DNA of 64,000 nt from Eledone cirrhosa (GCA_964016885.1 OZ024757.1:9672001-9736000); one strand, 5' to 3'. Positions 1 through 13,309 are shown, counted from the first letter of the stretch. Notes: generated by a model not told the origin, from the letters alone. Numbers and translations: made by a program.

Positions 1-175
1 AGCACCCAGTCCACACTGTAAATGAGGTTGGCATTAGGAAGGACATCCAGCTGTAGAATAAGCTAAAATCAGTTTTGTACGAACAAGACATGGTCACCTG
101 ACTTGCCCACAACAAGACAACAAGTCTAACCCATGCTAGTGTGGAATAATGGATGTAAACCAGTGATGATGATCT
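1..175 (+). mobile_element. 3' end of an RTE-related SINE/LINE tail
   Basis: agcacccagtccacactgtaaa...ggacatccagctgtagaa module, ending ccatgctagtgtggaataatggatgtaaa...gatgatgat like the other RTE tails in the window. Confidence 0.7.
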
Positions 176-539
176 ACTCTGTCATATATATATTGACATG
201 ATGATTCTGTCATGGAATTACAATAAACACATGCCTGGTTGTGGAATACTCAGCCATAAACATATTATTTGTGGTGTGTTAGTATATGTGTGTGAGTGTA
301 AGTTAGTCTGTGTGGGTGTGTGGTAGAATGAATGTACATACGTGCTGTGTGTCTTCTCTAATATATCAATATGAAGAGAACACTTGACCTTACCTAATCA
401 ATGTTTTGTTCAAAGTCAAGATACAGTTTTGTTTCACAATAAACAACTTTGATAACATTCTATTTAAGTTTTTATCTATATCAATCTGTCATCATCGTCA
501 TCAACAACTTTTAACATACTAGCTGGAGCTTAACTGTCC

Positions 540-1570
540 CAAAAAGCAACCAGTCCACACAGTAAATTGGTCATGTAGGTGTCATGACAAAAGCACCCAG
601 TCCACACTGTGAAGTGGTCATGTAGGTGTCACTAGAAAAATACCCAGTCCACACTGTAAAGTGGTTGTGTAGGTGTCACTACAAAAAGCACCCAGTCCAC
701 CCTGTGAAGTGGTCATGTAGGTGTCACAACAAAAATACCCAGTCCACACTCTAAAGTGGTTGTGTAGGTGACATGACAAAAAGCACTCAGTCTACATTGT
801 AATGTGGTTGTGTAGGTGTCACAACAAAAAGGACCCAGTCCACTCTGTTAAGTGGATGTGTAGGTCTCATGACAAAAAGCACACAGTTCACACTGTAAAG
901 TGGTCATGTATGTGTCATGACGGAGAGTAACCAGTCCACACTGTAAAGTAGTCATGTAGGTGTCACAACAAAAAGTACCCAGTCCACACTGTAAAGTGGT
1001 TGTGTAGGTGTCATGACGAAAAGCACTCAGTCTACATTCTAATGTGGTTGTGTAGGTGTCACAACAAAAAGGACCCAGTCCACTCTGTTAAGTGGATGTG
1101 TAGGTGTCATGACAAAAAGCACACAGTTCACAATGTAAAGTGGTCATGTAGGTGTCATGACGGAGAGTAACCAGTCCACACTGTAAAGTAGTCATGTAGG
1201 TGTCACAACAAAAAGCACCCAGTCCACACTGTAAAGTGGTTGTGTAGGTGTCATGACAAAAAGAACCCAGTCTACATTGTAATGTGATTGTGTAGGTGTC
1301 ATGACAAAAAGGACCTAGTCCACTCTGTAAAGTGGAAGTGTAGGTGTCATAACAAAAAGCACTCAGTCCACACTGTAAAGTGGTCATGTAGGTGTCATGA
1401 CGGAGAGTAACCAGTCCACACTGTAAAGTAGTCATGTAGGTGTCACAACAAAAAGCACCCAGTCCACACTGTAAAGTGGTTGTGTAGGTGTCATGACAAA
1501 AAGAACCCAGTCTACATTGTAATGTGATTGTGTAGGTGTCATGACAAAAAGCACTCAGTCTACACTGTAA
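540..1570. repeat. 48-bp minisatellite (~21 units) with a 240-bp (5 x 48) higher-order repeat
   Basis: Unit aaaagcacccagtccacactgtaaagtggt(c/t)(a/g)tgtaggtgtca(c/t)gac recurs every 48 nt; variant units recur at 240-nt spacing (901/1141/1381; 961/1201/1441). Confidence 0.92.
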
Positions 1571-1928
1571 CAATACAAGGACTTTGCTTCTCCTTTTTAT
1601 TTTTATTTTTCTGCACACATACTTTTTTATTATATACAAAAAATACCTTACCACTACAACCACCATAATACTCTTACTTACCCGCTTAAAATGCTTGTAT
1701 TACACCCTGTCACACAATAATCATATATAAATGGGACACTCTTGCATGCCCCCACGTGTAACTAATGCATACACTAACTACTACATCTGACTAACAAACT
1801 ATCCTCTTGCATTATCTGTGTTAACTGCCGTATGTATTTTAATTTTGTTTTAATTTTAATTTTGATTTGATTTTGAATTTGAATTGCTATACAGAAATAA
1901 TATAGTATAATATATGTCACTCCACTGT

Positions 1929-4160
1929 CAAGCATGTTCTACAACGTGAGGACCAAAAACGTGAGGTGTTCAGGATTGCTAGGCAATGTGTCAAGGAAAA
2001 CAGTCATATTGTCGGGGAGAAGTGTGTACTTAATGATGACAGCGTACTTGCCATCACCGACGCCGATAAGAAGGTAGCTTGGAAGTGTCACTATGAACGG
2101 CTACTAAATGAGGAGAATAAATGGTAGAAAGACAGTCTCCCCCACATCGACCCAATAGAGGGACCAGCAGTGTTAGTCGAGGGTAGTATAATAAGTAAGG
2201 CAATCAAAGATATGAAGACGGGCAAGGCGGCTGGGCCTTCGGAAATAGTTGCCGAGATGCTGAAGGCATCTGGTACGGTGGGACACACCATGGTCACCCG
2301 GATAGTCAACCAAGTCATACAGCATGGGGTTGTTCCGAAGGACTGGCGTAGCAGCATCATCGTTAACTGTTATAAGGGTAAAGGAGATGCCCTAGATAGG
2401 AGTAACTATAGAGGTATTAAATTAATCGACCAGGTCATGAAGGTCACGGAAAAAGTAATAGCGCAACTAATCAGAGAGCGAATTGATCTAGATGAAATGC
2501 AGTTCGGGTTTGTGTCAGGCAAAAGTACCACAGACGCTCTTTTCATTGTACGACAACTACAGGAGAAGTACCTAGCTAAAAGTAAACCCCTATACTTAGC
2601 TTTCGTCGACTTGGAGAAGGCCTTCGACAGAGTCCCCCGTTCCATTATCTGGTGGGCTCTTAGAAAACTAGGTGTTGATGAATGGCTTGTGAGAGCTATA
2701 CAATCCATGTATAAAGATACAGTCAGCAAGGTTAGAATTAACAACGAATATAGTGAAGAGTTTAGTGTAAAAGTTGGTGTTCATCAGGGCTCTGTTCTTA
2801 GCCCCCTACTATTTATTATTGCCCTCCAGGCTATAACAGTGGAGTTCAAGACCGGCTGCCCATGGGAACTCCTATACGCAGATGATCTAACGCTCATAGC
2901 TGAATCAATGGCCGAGCTAGAGAAGAAATTCCAAACATGGAAGCACGGCCTAGAATCAAAAGGCCTTAAAATTAACCTGGCTAAGACTAAAGTTCTAGTT
3001 TGTAAGAAAGAAAATAAGGCGGCGGTCCTCTCCGGGAAGTGGCCATGCGCAGAGTGTAGGAAAGGCGTAGGTAGAAATTCCATTTTGTGTCCCAGATGCA
3101 AAGTTTGGGTGCATAAAATATGTAGTGGGATCACAGGTAAGCTAACTAAGAACATAGATTTTACATGTGGCCGGTGTTCTGGGGCAATAAGTAGCAGCAA
3201 GTGCCCACAAAATACTAGCTCTTTCAACTGCGCAGAGGGTTCTATAGAAATAGTGGACAGCTTCCGTTAACTGGGTGACAAAATCACCAGTGGGGGAGGG
3301 TGCTCTGAAAGTACAGTAGCTAGAGTCAGAACTGGGTGGAAAAAGTTCAGAGAGCTTATACCACTATTAGCCGCTAAAGGGTTCTCCCTAAAAATGAAAG
3401 GCAGGTTGTACGATGCCTGCATACGAACAGCAATGTTGCATGGCAGTGAGACCTGGGCATTGTGTGCAGGGGATATACGCAGACTAGAGAGAAACGAACC
3501 TTGCATGCTCCGCTGGATGTGTAATAGTAACATACGTGAACGACAAAGCATAAACGAACTAAGGAAAAAATTAGAAATAAGAGGGATCAGATGTTGTTTA
3601 CTCAAGAGAAGGCTACGTTGGTATGGTCACGTGATGCGCATGAAGGACGATAGCTGTATAACAAAGTGCAGGGCAATAAAGATAGACGGTAGCCACGGAA
3701 TAGGCAGACCCAGAAAAACCTGGGACGAGCTGATAAACTCCGACCTCACACACTTACAACTCACCAAGACAATGTCACTGGACCGAGACCTTTGGCGGTA
3801 CTCAGTAATAGAGAAGACTGGCCTTACCTAAATACAAAGTAAAACCTACTACACCCCCGTCCCACTACGCCCACCCCCACCCCATCCACACCGCCCCCTT
3901 CTATGTAAAGTTATGTTGGTGCCACACCATCCAGGCCGAAACAAATGAGATCGTGTAGGTGTCACGACAAAAAAACACACAGTCCACGCTGTAATGTGAC
4001 CATGTAGGCAACACGGTAAAAACCTCCCAGTCCACACTGTAAATGTGGTTGGTGTTAGGAAGGGCATCCAGCCGTAGAAAACCTGCCAGACAGTCCTATG
4101 CGAGCAAGACAACCACTCTTGCCTCAAGTGGGAAAACACCCATCCAAACCCATGCAAGCA
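1929..4160 (+). mobile_element. 5'-truncated RTE-clade LINE (subfamily A): RT, PHD-like finger, C-terminus and 3' UTR
   Basis: ORFs 2170-3270 (QFGF, AFVDLEKAFDRV, GVHQGSVLSPLLF, YADD) and 3394-3831 (RRLRWYGHVMRM, GRPRKTW); premature stops near 2125 and 3268. Confidence 0.95.
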
Positions 4161-4333
4161 TTGTGAATTCTATATAACTGCTCTGTAGAACAACTGATGT
4201 TATTACATTGAGCTATTTATCTTACTGGTACTAAGGTAGTAATAAATTATTGACCTTCACTGTTTAGGGTTTAAAATATATATAACTATAAAAGTTTTAG
4301 TATATACATAACCATAAATAGTTTTCTTAATAT

Positions 4334-4336
<3 letters not shown>

Positions 4337-4413
<77 letters not shown>

Positions 4414-4418
4414 ATATA

Positions 4419-4460
<42 letters not shown>

Positions 4461-4501
4461 TATATATGTATATATATGATATATATATATGTATATATAT
4501 G

Positions 4502-4556
<55 letters not shown>

Positions 4557-4561
4557 ATATA

Positions 4562-4601
<40 letters not shown>

Positions 4602-4642
4602 TATATATGTATATATATGATATATATATATGTATATATATG

Positions 4643-4717
<75 letters not shown>
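4337..4717. repeat. (TA)n microsatellite with interruptions
   Basis: Direct reading. Confidence 0.95.
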
Positions 4718-4720
<3 letters not shown>

Positions 4721-5097
4721 AGGCACATGGCTTAGTGTTAGAGCATTGGGCTTGCAATCGAAAGGTTGTGAATTCAATTCTCAGATCGGGTGATGTGTTG
4801 TTTCCTTGAGCAAGACACTTTATTTCACATTGCTCCAGTTTACTCAGCTGTAAAAATGAGATGATAGGACTGGGGTCCCTATCATTCCTATGCAAAGTGG
4901 TCATGGAGGTGCCACGGCCAAAAAGCACCCATTTGACAATTTAAAGAGGACATGTAGGCACCCAGAACTCACTATAAATTAGGTTGGTGTTCGGAAGGGG
5001 ACCCAGCTGTAGAAATCAAGCCAGAATCAGTTCCCGTCCCACCCTTGCAAGCAGGGAAAAGTGGACGTATGATGATGATGATGATGATGATGATGAT
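4718..5097 (+). mobile_element. tRNA-derived SINE (family 1) with an RTE-type 3' tail
   Basis: A-box tggcttagtgttag, B-box-like gaattcaattct, ccttgagcaagacactt body, tail cccgtcccacccttgcaagcagggaaaagtggacgta(tga)n matching the RTE subfamily B end. Confidence 0.85.
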
Positions 5098-5464
5098 ATA
5101 TACATACATATTCATCTATGTATATATAACAAAGAAAGTGTAGTAAGGTATCAGGTGGACTATAACGCACCAGAGTACTCAATATTTAGTGTAGTGAAGT
5201 TGGTGAGTTCGGATCTAGCTGTCAAAATGCCTGGAGCTCAGCCGTCGGGGTCTTGACGCTGTTCCTATATATATATATATATATATATATATCAATGTTA
5301 TATATAAATGCTATATATTTATTTTATTTTGTAGTTTATTTTAAAGATAGTTTCCATTCATTAATATCATTGATATAAAACTCCAGAAGAATACTGGAGA
5401 GTGCTTCGAATCTGTTATAAATAAATAAATTTGTTGAATAATCAACAGATTAAATATACCTTTG

Positions 5465-5492
<28 letters not shown>

Positions 5493-5499
<7 letters not shown>

Positions 5500-5627
5500 T
5501 AAAATAACAGATTAAAGTTTAAGCAAAGAATCGCTGCTTTCACCCTTAACGGGAGTTTCAGAGGGTCCCGTTAAGGGTGAAAGCAGCGATTCTTTGCTTA
5601 AACTTTAATCTGTTATTTTAATAAATA
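5493..5627. repeat. Fold-back palindrome (~62-bp perfect arms, 11-nt spacer) within a TA tract
   Basis: tatttattaaaataacag...cccttaacggga / tcccgttaaggg...ctgttattttaataaata; one arm recurs at ~29918-29980. Confidence 0.9.
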
Positions 5628-5628
5628 A

Positions 5629-5678
<50 letters not shown>

Positions 5679-5693
5679 ATATATATGTATATC

Positions 5694-5897
5694 GAAAGTC
5701 GATCGACTTTTGTCAAATTGGACCAAGGAAACAATGTCTCCGTTGGTCTTTCCAATTGCTAATACTATCTACCTGTCACAACTCCAGGTAGAAGGAGCAA
5801 TGTGAAATAAAGTGTCTTGCTCAAGGACGTAACGCATCGCCTGGTCTGGTCCAGGAATTGAACTCACAACCTCAAGATTGTGAATCCAATTCTCTAA
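5694..5897 (-). mobile_element. tRNA-derived SINE (family 2)
   Basis: Reverse strand reads ggcgtgtgactgactggttagag...gagttcaattcc...ccttgagcaagacactt...gtcgatcgac; homologous to 41615-41822 and 47440-47648. Confidence 0.85.
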
Positions 5898-5917
5898 CCA
5901 GTCAGTCACACGCCTTC

Positions 5918-5961
<44 letters not shown>

Positions 5962-5980
5962 GTGTGTATATATTTATATA

Positions 5981-6064
<84 letters not shown>

Positions 6065-7152
6065 TATATATATGTGTGTGTGTGTATGTATATATATATG
6101 AAACTAAAAGAGGGAGAGAAAGAGATAGTGACTAACAGATTTGAGGTGTAGAAACTCAGTGTGTGTATGTATGTATGTATGTGTGTGTGATAATATTTCT
6201 TCTTTTCTATTCCCTCATTATGGGAGGGGACCAAAGATAATGTCTTCATACACCCCTTCTACAATCCCATTAGTAGCAACCATCTCATACACACTCAGAT
6301 ACTGACACACATATCTTTCAGAATAACACTTCCAAATATAGACTGACACACACATACATATATATATTGATAGACACGATTACACATACATAGGCACACC
6401 CACACATATCTATGATAATGGCACTCCCAAATATAGACATGCTTTAATCCCCCCCACCTTCTCACACAAGATCTTTATATAATAAAACTATTGAAAGGTT
6501 TCCAGTCAGTAATGCGAAAATCACAAACGAATCAACAAGTCGCCTCAAAGACAGAGAAATTTCTGACTAAGGTAAATACTTTTAAATAACTTTTAATTAA
6601 TCTAAAATTACTAACACAATAATTGTATGAAATTCTTAGTAAAATTTAGATATTTCAGTCGACAATTAAAAACAATATCTTTGACATGTCACCACAACAC
6701 AATCTAATAGTGTAATTAATCTAATATAGTGTTAATTACTTGAGTCAATATTATTACTATAAACATTTTAATTATTTTGAAAATACTAAAACATTTAATT
6801 TATGATAAAGTCATCCAATATATATTGAAAATCTCTATACCTATAAATACCCTTTCATTTCCTGCTAATATTATACACAATACAGTAGGAAGTTAAGAAA
6901 TAATAGATTTAAAAAGGGTGGAAATATCGATAAACTCGAAGTAGAACCCAGCGATACCCAGGGGAAAGATTAGTGGATAATATCCTGGTAATTAATAATT
7001 ACAACTCTGTATAAATATATTATACATTACATATTTTTTATATATATATATATCTCTATATATTATATATATATATTATACATCGCCGAGGCTTCCAAAT
7101 TGACTATTTTTCTTATTCCACAATGCTTCAAGCAAACCTGAACACTCTCTTA

Positions 7153-7580
7153 TATTATTATCATTATTATTATTATTATCATTTTACGTCCGCTCTTCCC
7201 TGCTTGCAAGGGTGGGACAGGTCTTTTTCAACACAGCATCTCTCCAATTGTCACAGTCCTTCGTCATCTCCACCGTGAGCTTCAGCTATCTGAGGTCTGT
7301 TCTCACCACCTCTGCCCATATTTTTCGTGGTCTACCTCTACCACGTCTTCCTTAAACTGGCATTTCCTGGCACTTCTTCACCCATCGGTCATCCTAGATG
7401 CGCATCACATGTACATACCACCTCAGTCTCCTCTCCCGTACACTACATTCTATCCCTCTCAGACACAGTTTCTCTCTCAACACATTCATGCTGGGTCGTT
7501 CACACACGTTGACATTGCACATCCAACGGAGCCTGCTTGCCTCATTTCTCTCCAGCCGTCGCATATCCTCTGCAGTTGCA
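7153..7580 (-). mobile_element. RTE LINE 3' fragment (subfamily B)
   Basis: RRLERNEASRLRWMCNV...ERRLRWY translation plus 3' tail. Confidence 0.9.
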
Positions 7581-7586
7581 GATATA

Positions 7587-7770
7587 TATAGGAAAAGAGT
7601 CAGGTCCCCGACGGCTGAGCTCCAGCTGTTCTGATCTAGCTGTTGAAATAGCCGGAGTTCAGCTGTCGGGGACCTGACACTTTTCCTATTACCCACTGTA
7701 CTACACTAAGTATTGAGTACTTTGGTGCGTTATAGTCCACCTGGTTCCTTACCACACTTCCTTCGTTATA
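7587..7770. repeat. Fold-back island: inverted repeat 7587-7689 plus unpaired extension
   Basis: ataggaaaagagtcaggtccccgacggctgagctcc / ggagttcagctgtcggggacctgacacttttcctat; related sequence at 5128-5268. Confidence 0.8.
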
Positions 7771-7784
7771 TATATATATATATA

Positions 7785-7820
<36 letters not shown>

Positions 7821-7899
7821 TATATATATATATATATATATATTGTATATATATATATATATATATATATAAATGTATATTGCATATATTTTTATATAT

Positions 7900-7934
<35 letters not shown>

Positions 7935-7959
7935 GTATATTGCATATATTTTTATATAT

Positions 7960-7996
<37 letters not shown>

Positions 7997-8132
7997 GTAT
8001 ATTGCATATATTTTTATATATATTGTATATATATATATATATATATATAAATGTATATTGCATATATTTTTATATATATATATATATATATTGTGTATAT
8101 ATATATATATATATATAAATGTATATTGCATA

Positions 8133-8163
<31 letters not shown>

Positions 8164-8220
8164 TGTATATATATATATATATAAATGTATATTGCATATA
8201 TTTATATATATATATATATT
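7770..8220. repeat. TA-based minisatellite (~60-bp unit containing aaatgtatattgcatatattttt)
   Basis: Direct reading, about 7 copies. Confidence 0.85.
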
Positions 8221-8459
8221 GAACGGATGAGTATTTTAAACTTTATTTTATCATGAGTTAAGGCTTTATTGATTCTTCCCTGGATTTCACTAAATTCTGT
8301 GGAGGAATCTATTTCCTGATTCTCTTTCAGTTGAGTTTCAATTATTTTTTCCCACATCTTACGTTAACTATTTTTCCCATCTTGACTCTATAGTCACTTA
8401 TATATTATGGAATACTGTTGGCTTCTTGCTACAATGTTTTCTATACCTTTCATTTATAT

Positions 8460-9666
8460 ATATTTATATATATATAGTTACGTGTATATATATATATATA
8501 TATATATAATGTATATATATAGTTATATATAGTTATATATATATATATATATATAGTTATATATAGTTATATATAGTTATATATAGTTATATATAGTTAT
8601 ATATATATATATATAGTTATATATATAGTTATATATAGTTATATATATATATATATATAGTTATATATAGTTATATATATATATATATAGTTATATATAG
8701 TTATATATAGTTATATATAGTTATATATAGTTATATATAGTTATATATATATATATATAGTTATATATATAGTTATATATAGTTATATATAGTTATATAT
8801 ATATATATATATAGTTATATATAGTTATATATATATATATAGTTATATATAGTTATATATATATATATATAGTTATATATAGTTATATATATATATATAT
8901 AGTTATATATAGTTATATATATAGTTATATATAGTTATATATAGTTATATATATATAGTTATATATAGTTATATATATATATATAGTTATATATAGTTAT
9001 ATATATATATATATAGTTATATATATATATATATAGTTATATATAGTTATATATATATATATATAGTTATATATAGTTATATATATATATATATAGTTAT
9101 ATATAGTTATATATATATATATATATATAGTTATATATATATATATATATAGTTATATATAGTTATATATATATATATATATATAGTTATATATATATAT
9201 ATATATATATAGTTATATATATATATATATATATAGTTATATATATATATATATATATAGTTATATATATATATATATATATAGTTATATATATATATAT
9301 ATATATATAGTTATATATATATATATATATATAGTTATATATATATATATATATATAGTTATATATATATATATATATATATAGTTATATATATATATAT
9401 AGTTATATATATATATATATATATAGTTATATATAGTTATATATATAGTTATATATAGTTATATATATAGTTATATATAGTTATATATATATATATATAG
9501 TTATATATAGTTATATATATAGTTATATATAGTTATATATATAGTTATATATAGTTATATATATAGTTATATATAGTTATATATATATATATATATAGTT
9601 ATATATATATATATATATATAGTTATATATATATATATATATAGTTATATATATATATATATATAG

Positions 9667-9703
<37 letters not shown>

Positions 9704-9788
9704 TATATATATATATATATAGTTATATATATATATATATATATAGTTATATATATATATATATATATATATAGTTATATATATATAG

Positions 9789-9823
<35 letters not shown>

Positions 9824-9835
9824 TATATATATAGT

Positions 9836-9867
<32 letters not shown>

Positions 9868-9879
9868 TATATATATAGT

Positions 9880-9911
<32 letters not shown>

Positions 9912-10000
9912 TATATATATATATATATATAGTTATATATATATAGTTATATATATATAGTTATATATATATATATATATATATAGTTATATATATATAG

Positions 10001-10099
<99 letters not shown>

Positions 10100-10112
10100 T
10101 ATATATATATAG

Positions 10113-10159
<47 letters not shown>

Positions 10160-10175
10160 TATATATATATATAGT

Positions 10176-10213
<38 letters not shown>

Positions 10214-10261
10214 ATATATAGTTATATATATATATATAGTTATATAGTTATATATATATAT

Positions 10262-10296
<35 letters not shown>

Positions 10297-10594
10297 TATA
10301 GTTATATATATATATATATATATAGTTATATATATATATATATATAGTTATATAGTTATATATATATATATATATATATATAGTTATATATATATATATA
10401 TATAGTTATATATATATATATATATAGTTATATATATATATATATATAGTTATATAGTTATATATATATATATATATATATAGTTATATATATATATATA
10501 TATAGTTATATATATATATATAGTTATATATATATATATATATAGTTATATATATATATATATATATAGTTATATATATATATATATATATAGT

Positions 10595-10641
<47 letters not shown>

Positions 10642-10938
10642 GTTATATATATATATATATATATAGTTATATATATATATATATATATAGTTATATATAT
10701 ATATATATATATAGTTATATATATATATATATATATAGTTATATATATATATATATATATAGTTATATATATATATATATATATAGTTATATATATATAT
10801 ATATATATAGTTATATATATATATATATATATATAGTTATATATATATATATATATATATAGTTATATATATATATATATATATATAGTTATATATATAT
10901 ATATATATATAGTATATATATATATATATATATATAGT

Positions 10939-11003
<65 letters not shown>

Positions 11004-11081
11004 TATATATATAAGATATATATATATAGATATATATATATAGATATATATATAGATATATATATATATATATATATATAT

Positions 11082-11116
<35 letters not shown>
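8460..11116. repeat. Long compound microsatellite, (TA)n interrupted by AGTT
   Basis: Direct reading. Confidence 0.95.
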
Positions 11117-11316
11117 NNNNNNNNNNNNNNNNNNNNNNNNNNNNNNNNNNNNNNNNNNNNNNNNNNNNNNNNNNNNNNNNNNNNNNNNNNNNNNNNNNNN
11201 NNNNNNNNNNNNNNNNNNNNNNNNNNNNNNNNNNNNNNNNNNNNNNNNNNNNNNNNNNNNNNNNNNNNNNNNNNNNNNNNNNNNNNNNNNNNNNNNNNNN
11301 NNNNNNNNNNNNNNNN
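11117..11316. other. Assembly gap (200 N)
   Basis: Run of N. Confidence 1.
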
Positions 11317-11383
11317 ATACTCACCGTTTGATTTGGAAAAACTTAAAATGCTCACATATATATGTGTATGTAATTATCTATGC

Positions 11384-11435
<52 letters not shown>

Positions 11436-11447
11436 ATTTATCTAAGC

Positions 11448-11485
<38 letters not shown>

Positions 11486-11736
11486 TTATATATGTATTTA
11501 TCTATGTATTTATCTATATGCATGGATATATATATATATGTATTTATCTATGCATGTATGAATATATAAAATATATATATATATATATATGTAAGTATTT
11601 ATATATGCATGTATAAATATATATGTATTTATCTCTGCATGTATGCATACATGTATATATATATAGATATATATATGTATTATCTATACATGTATGTATA
11701 TATATATATACATATATATGTATTTATCTATACATG

Positions 11737-11781
<45 letters not shown>

Positions 11782-11794
11782 TTATCTATACATG

Positions 11795-11849
<55 letters not shown>

Positions 11850-11862
11850 TTATCTATACATG

Positions 11863-11914
<52 letters not shown>

Positions 11915-11980
11915 AGTATTTATCTATACATGTATATATATATATATATATATATGTATATAAGTATTTATCTATACATG

Positions 11981-12016
<36 letters not shown>

Positions 12017-12018
<2 letters not shown>

Positions 12019-12664
12019 TAAAGTGACCAGTGAAAAACTCGGTACATCTACATATGTATACGTGTGTGTATTCATATGCATACTAGTATTTCAGTATACA
12101 TATGTGGATGTACATTTTTAACTTAATTGTTTAAGCGTCAGTCATACAAAAGTGAGTTACAAACGAAACGAAATTTAATTTCGTTTCGTTATTTGTTTTT
12201 ATCGTCTCCGTTGAACCGGTACGTACTCACGCTCTATGCAAATTAGTCTGCCCACTACTAATTTTCATAGAAAAAGCATATAACGATATGTGCTTTTACG
12301 ATTCTCTAGAAAGGCCGGAAGATAGGTAAATATTGCTGATGAGATGTAACAACATCGAAACTAGTTCAATATTCCTTGTCTGGCTTTCTGGAGAATAGAG
12401 GAAAGGTGTTTCCTCAAAAACCAGTATGACTCTAAAAACCGGTTTGTCTGTGTGTTTACATACAGAATAGCTGGACACTCACAGTAAAGTGACCAGTGAA
12501 AAACTCGGTACATCTACATATGTATACGTGTGTGTATTCATATGCATACTAGTATTTCAGTATACATATGTGGATGTACATTTTTAACTTAATTGTTTAA
12601 GCGTCAGTCATACAAAAGTGAGTTACAAACGAAACGAATTTAATTTCGTTTCGTTATTTGTTTT

Positions 12665-12667
<3 letters not shown>
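12017..12667 (+). mobile_element. Non-coding partial-tandem element (466-bp period, ~186-bp direct repeat) carrying a hammerhead ribozyme; Penelope pLTR or retrozyme-like
   Basis: 12017-12202 is repeated at 12483-12667; the hammerhead lies between the copies; the element is embedded in a TA tract. Confidence 0.75.
12329..12373 (+). ncRNA. Minimal type-I hammerhead ribozyme
   Basis: AATATTG-CTGATGA-GATGT-aaca-ACATC-GAAA-CTAG-TT-CAATATT: 7-bp stem I, intact core, 5-bp stem II, palindromic mini stem III, GUU cleavage triplet. Confidence 0.9.
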
Positions 12668-12695
<28 letters not shown>

Positions 12696-12767
12696 ATATA
12701 TATATGTATTTATCTATGTATTTATCTATGCATTTATATATATATATATATGTATTTATCTATGCAT

Positions 12768-12813
<46 letters not shown>

Positions 12814-13309
12814 CTATGTATTTATCTATATGCATGGATATATATATACATATATATTTATCTATGCATGTATGAATATATATATATATATATGTGTATG
12901 TATTTATCTATGCATGTATGAATATATAAAATATATATATATATATGTATGTATTTATCTATGCATGTATATATATATAAAATATATACATAAATATATA
13001 TATATATATATGTATTTATCTATGCATGTGTGCATACATATATATATATATGTATTTATCTATACATGTATCTATATATATATATATACATATATAAGTA
13101 TTTATCTATACATGTATGTATATATATATATATACATATATATGTATTTATCTATACATGTATGTATATATATATATATATATATGTATATACGTATTTA
13201 TCTATACATGTATGTATATATAAAATATTGTCATGTTTACAAAAATATTTTTCTAATATCGTGTTTAATATTTTATATTGTCGTCTGCTTCTCTTCTCAC
13301 GTGGTTACT

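Larger units (their letters stand above)
11356..13220. repeat. Compound TA/TATC/CATG low-complexity tract hosting the 12017-12667 element
   Basis: Recurrent tgtatttatctat(a/g)catg units between TA runs. Confidence 0.85.

Noticed and set aside
1088-1666. 192-aa Cys/His-rich repetitive ORF
   Set aside because: By-product of a 48-bp (multiple of 3) minisatellite derived from a retroposon UTR; no gene context
2091-3605. Antisense ORFs overlapping RTE copies (recurring at every copy)
   Set aside because: Shadow frames of the LINE ORF; they recur only because the element recurs
4718-4790. tRNA genes at SINE heads
   Set aside because: A/B boxes run into SINE bodies; no complete cloverleaf
5555-5595. 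Hammerhead in the 5.5-kb palindrome (minus strand ctgaaactcccgttaagggtgaaagc)
   Set aside because: Core lacks G8/A9 in register, and no convincing stem I or stem III
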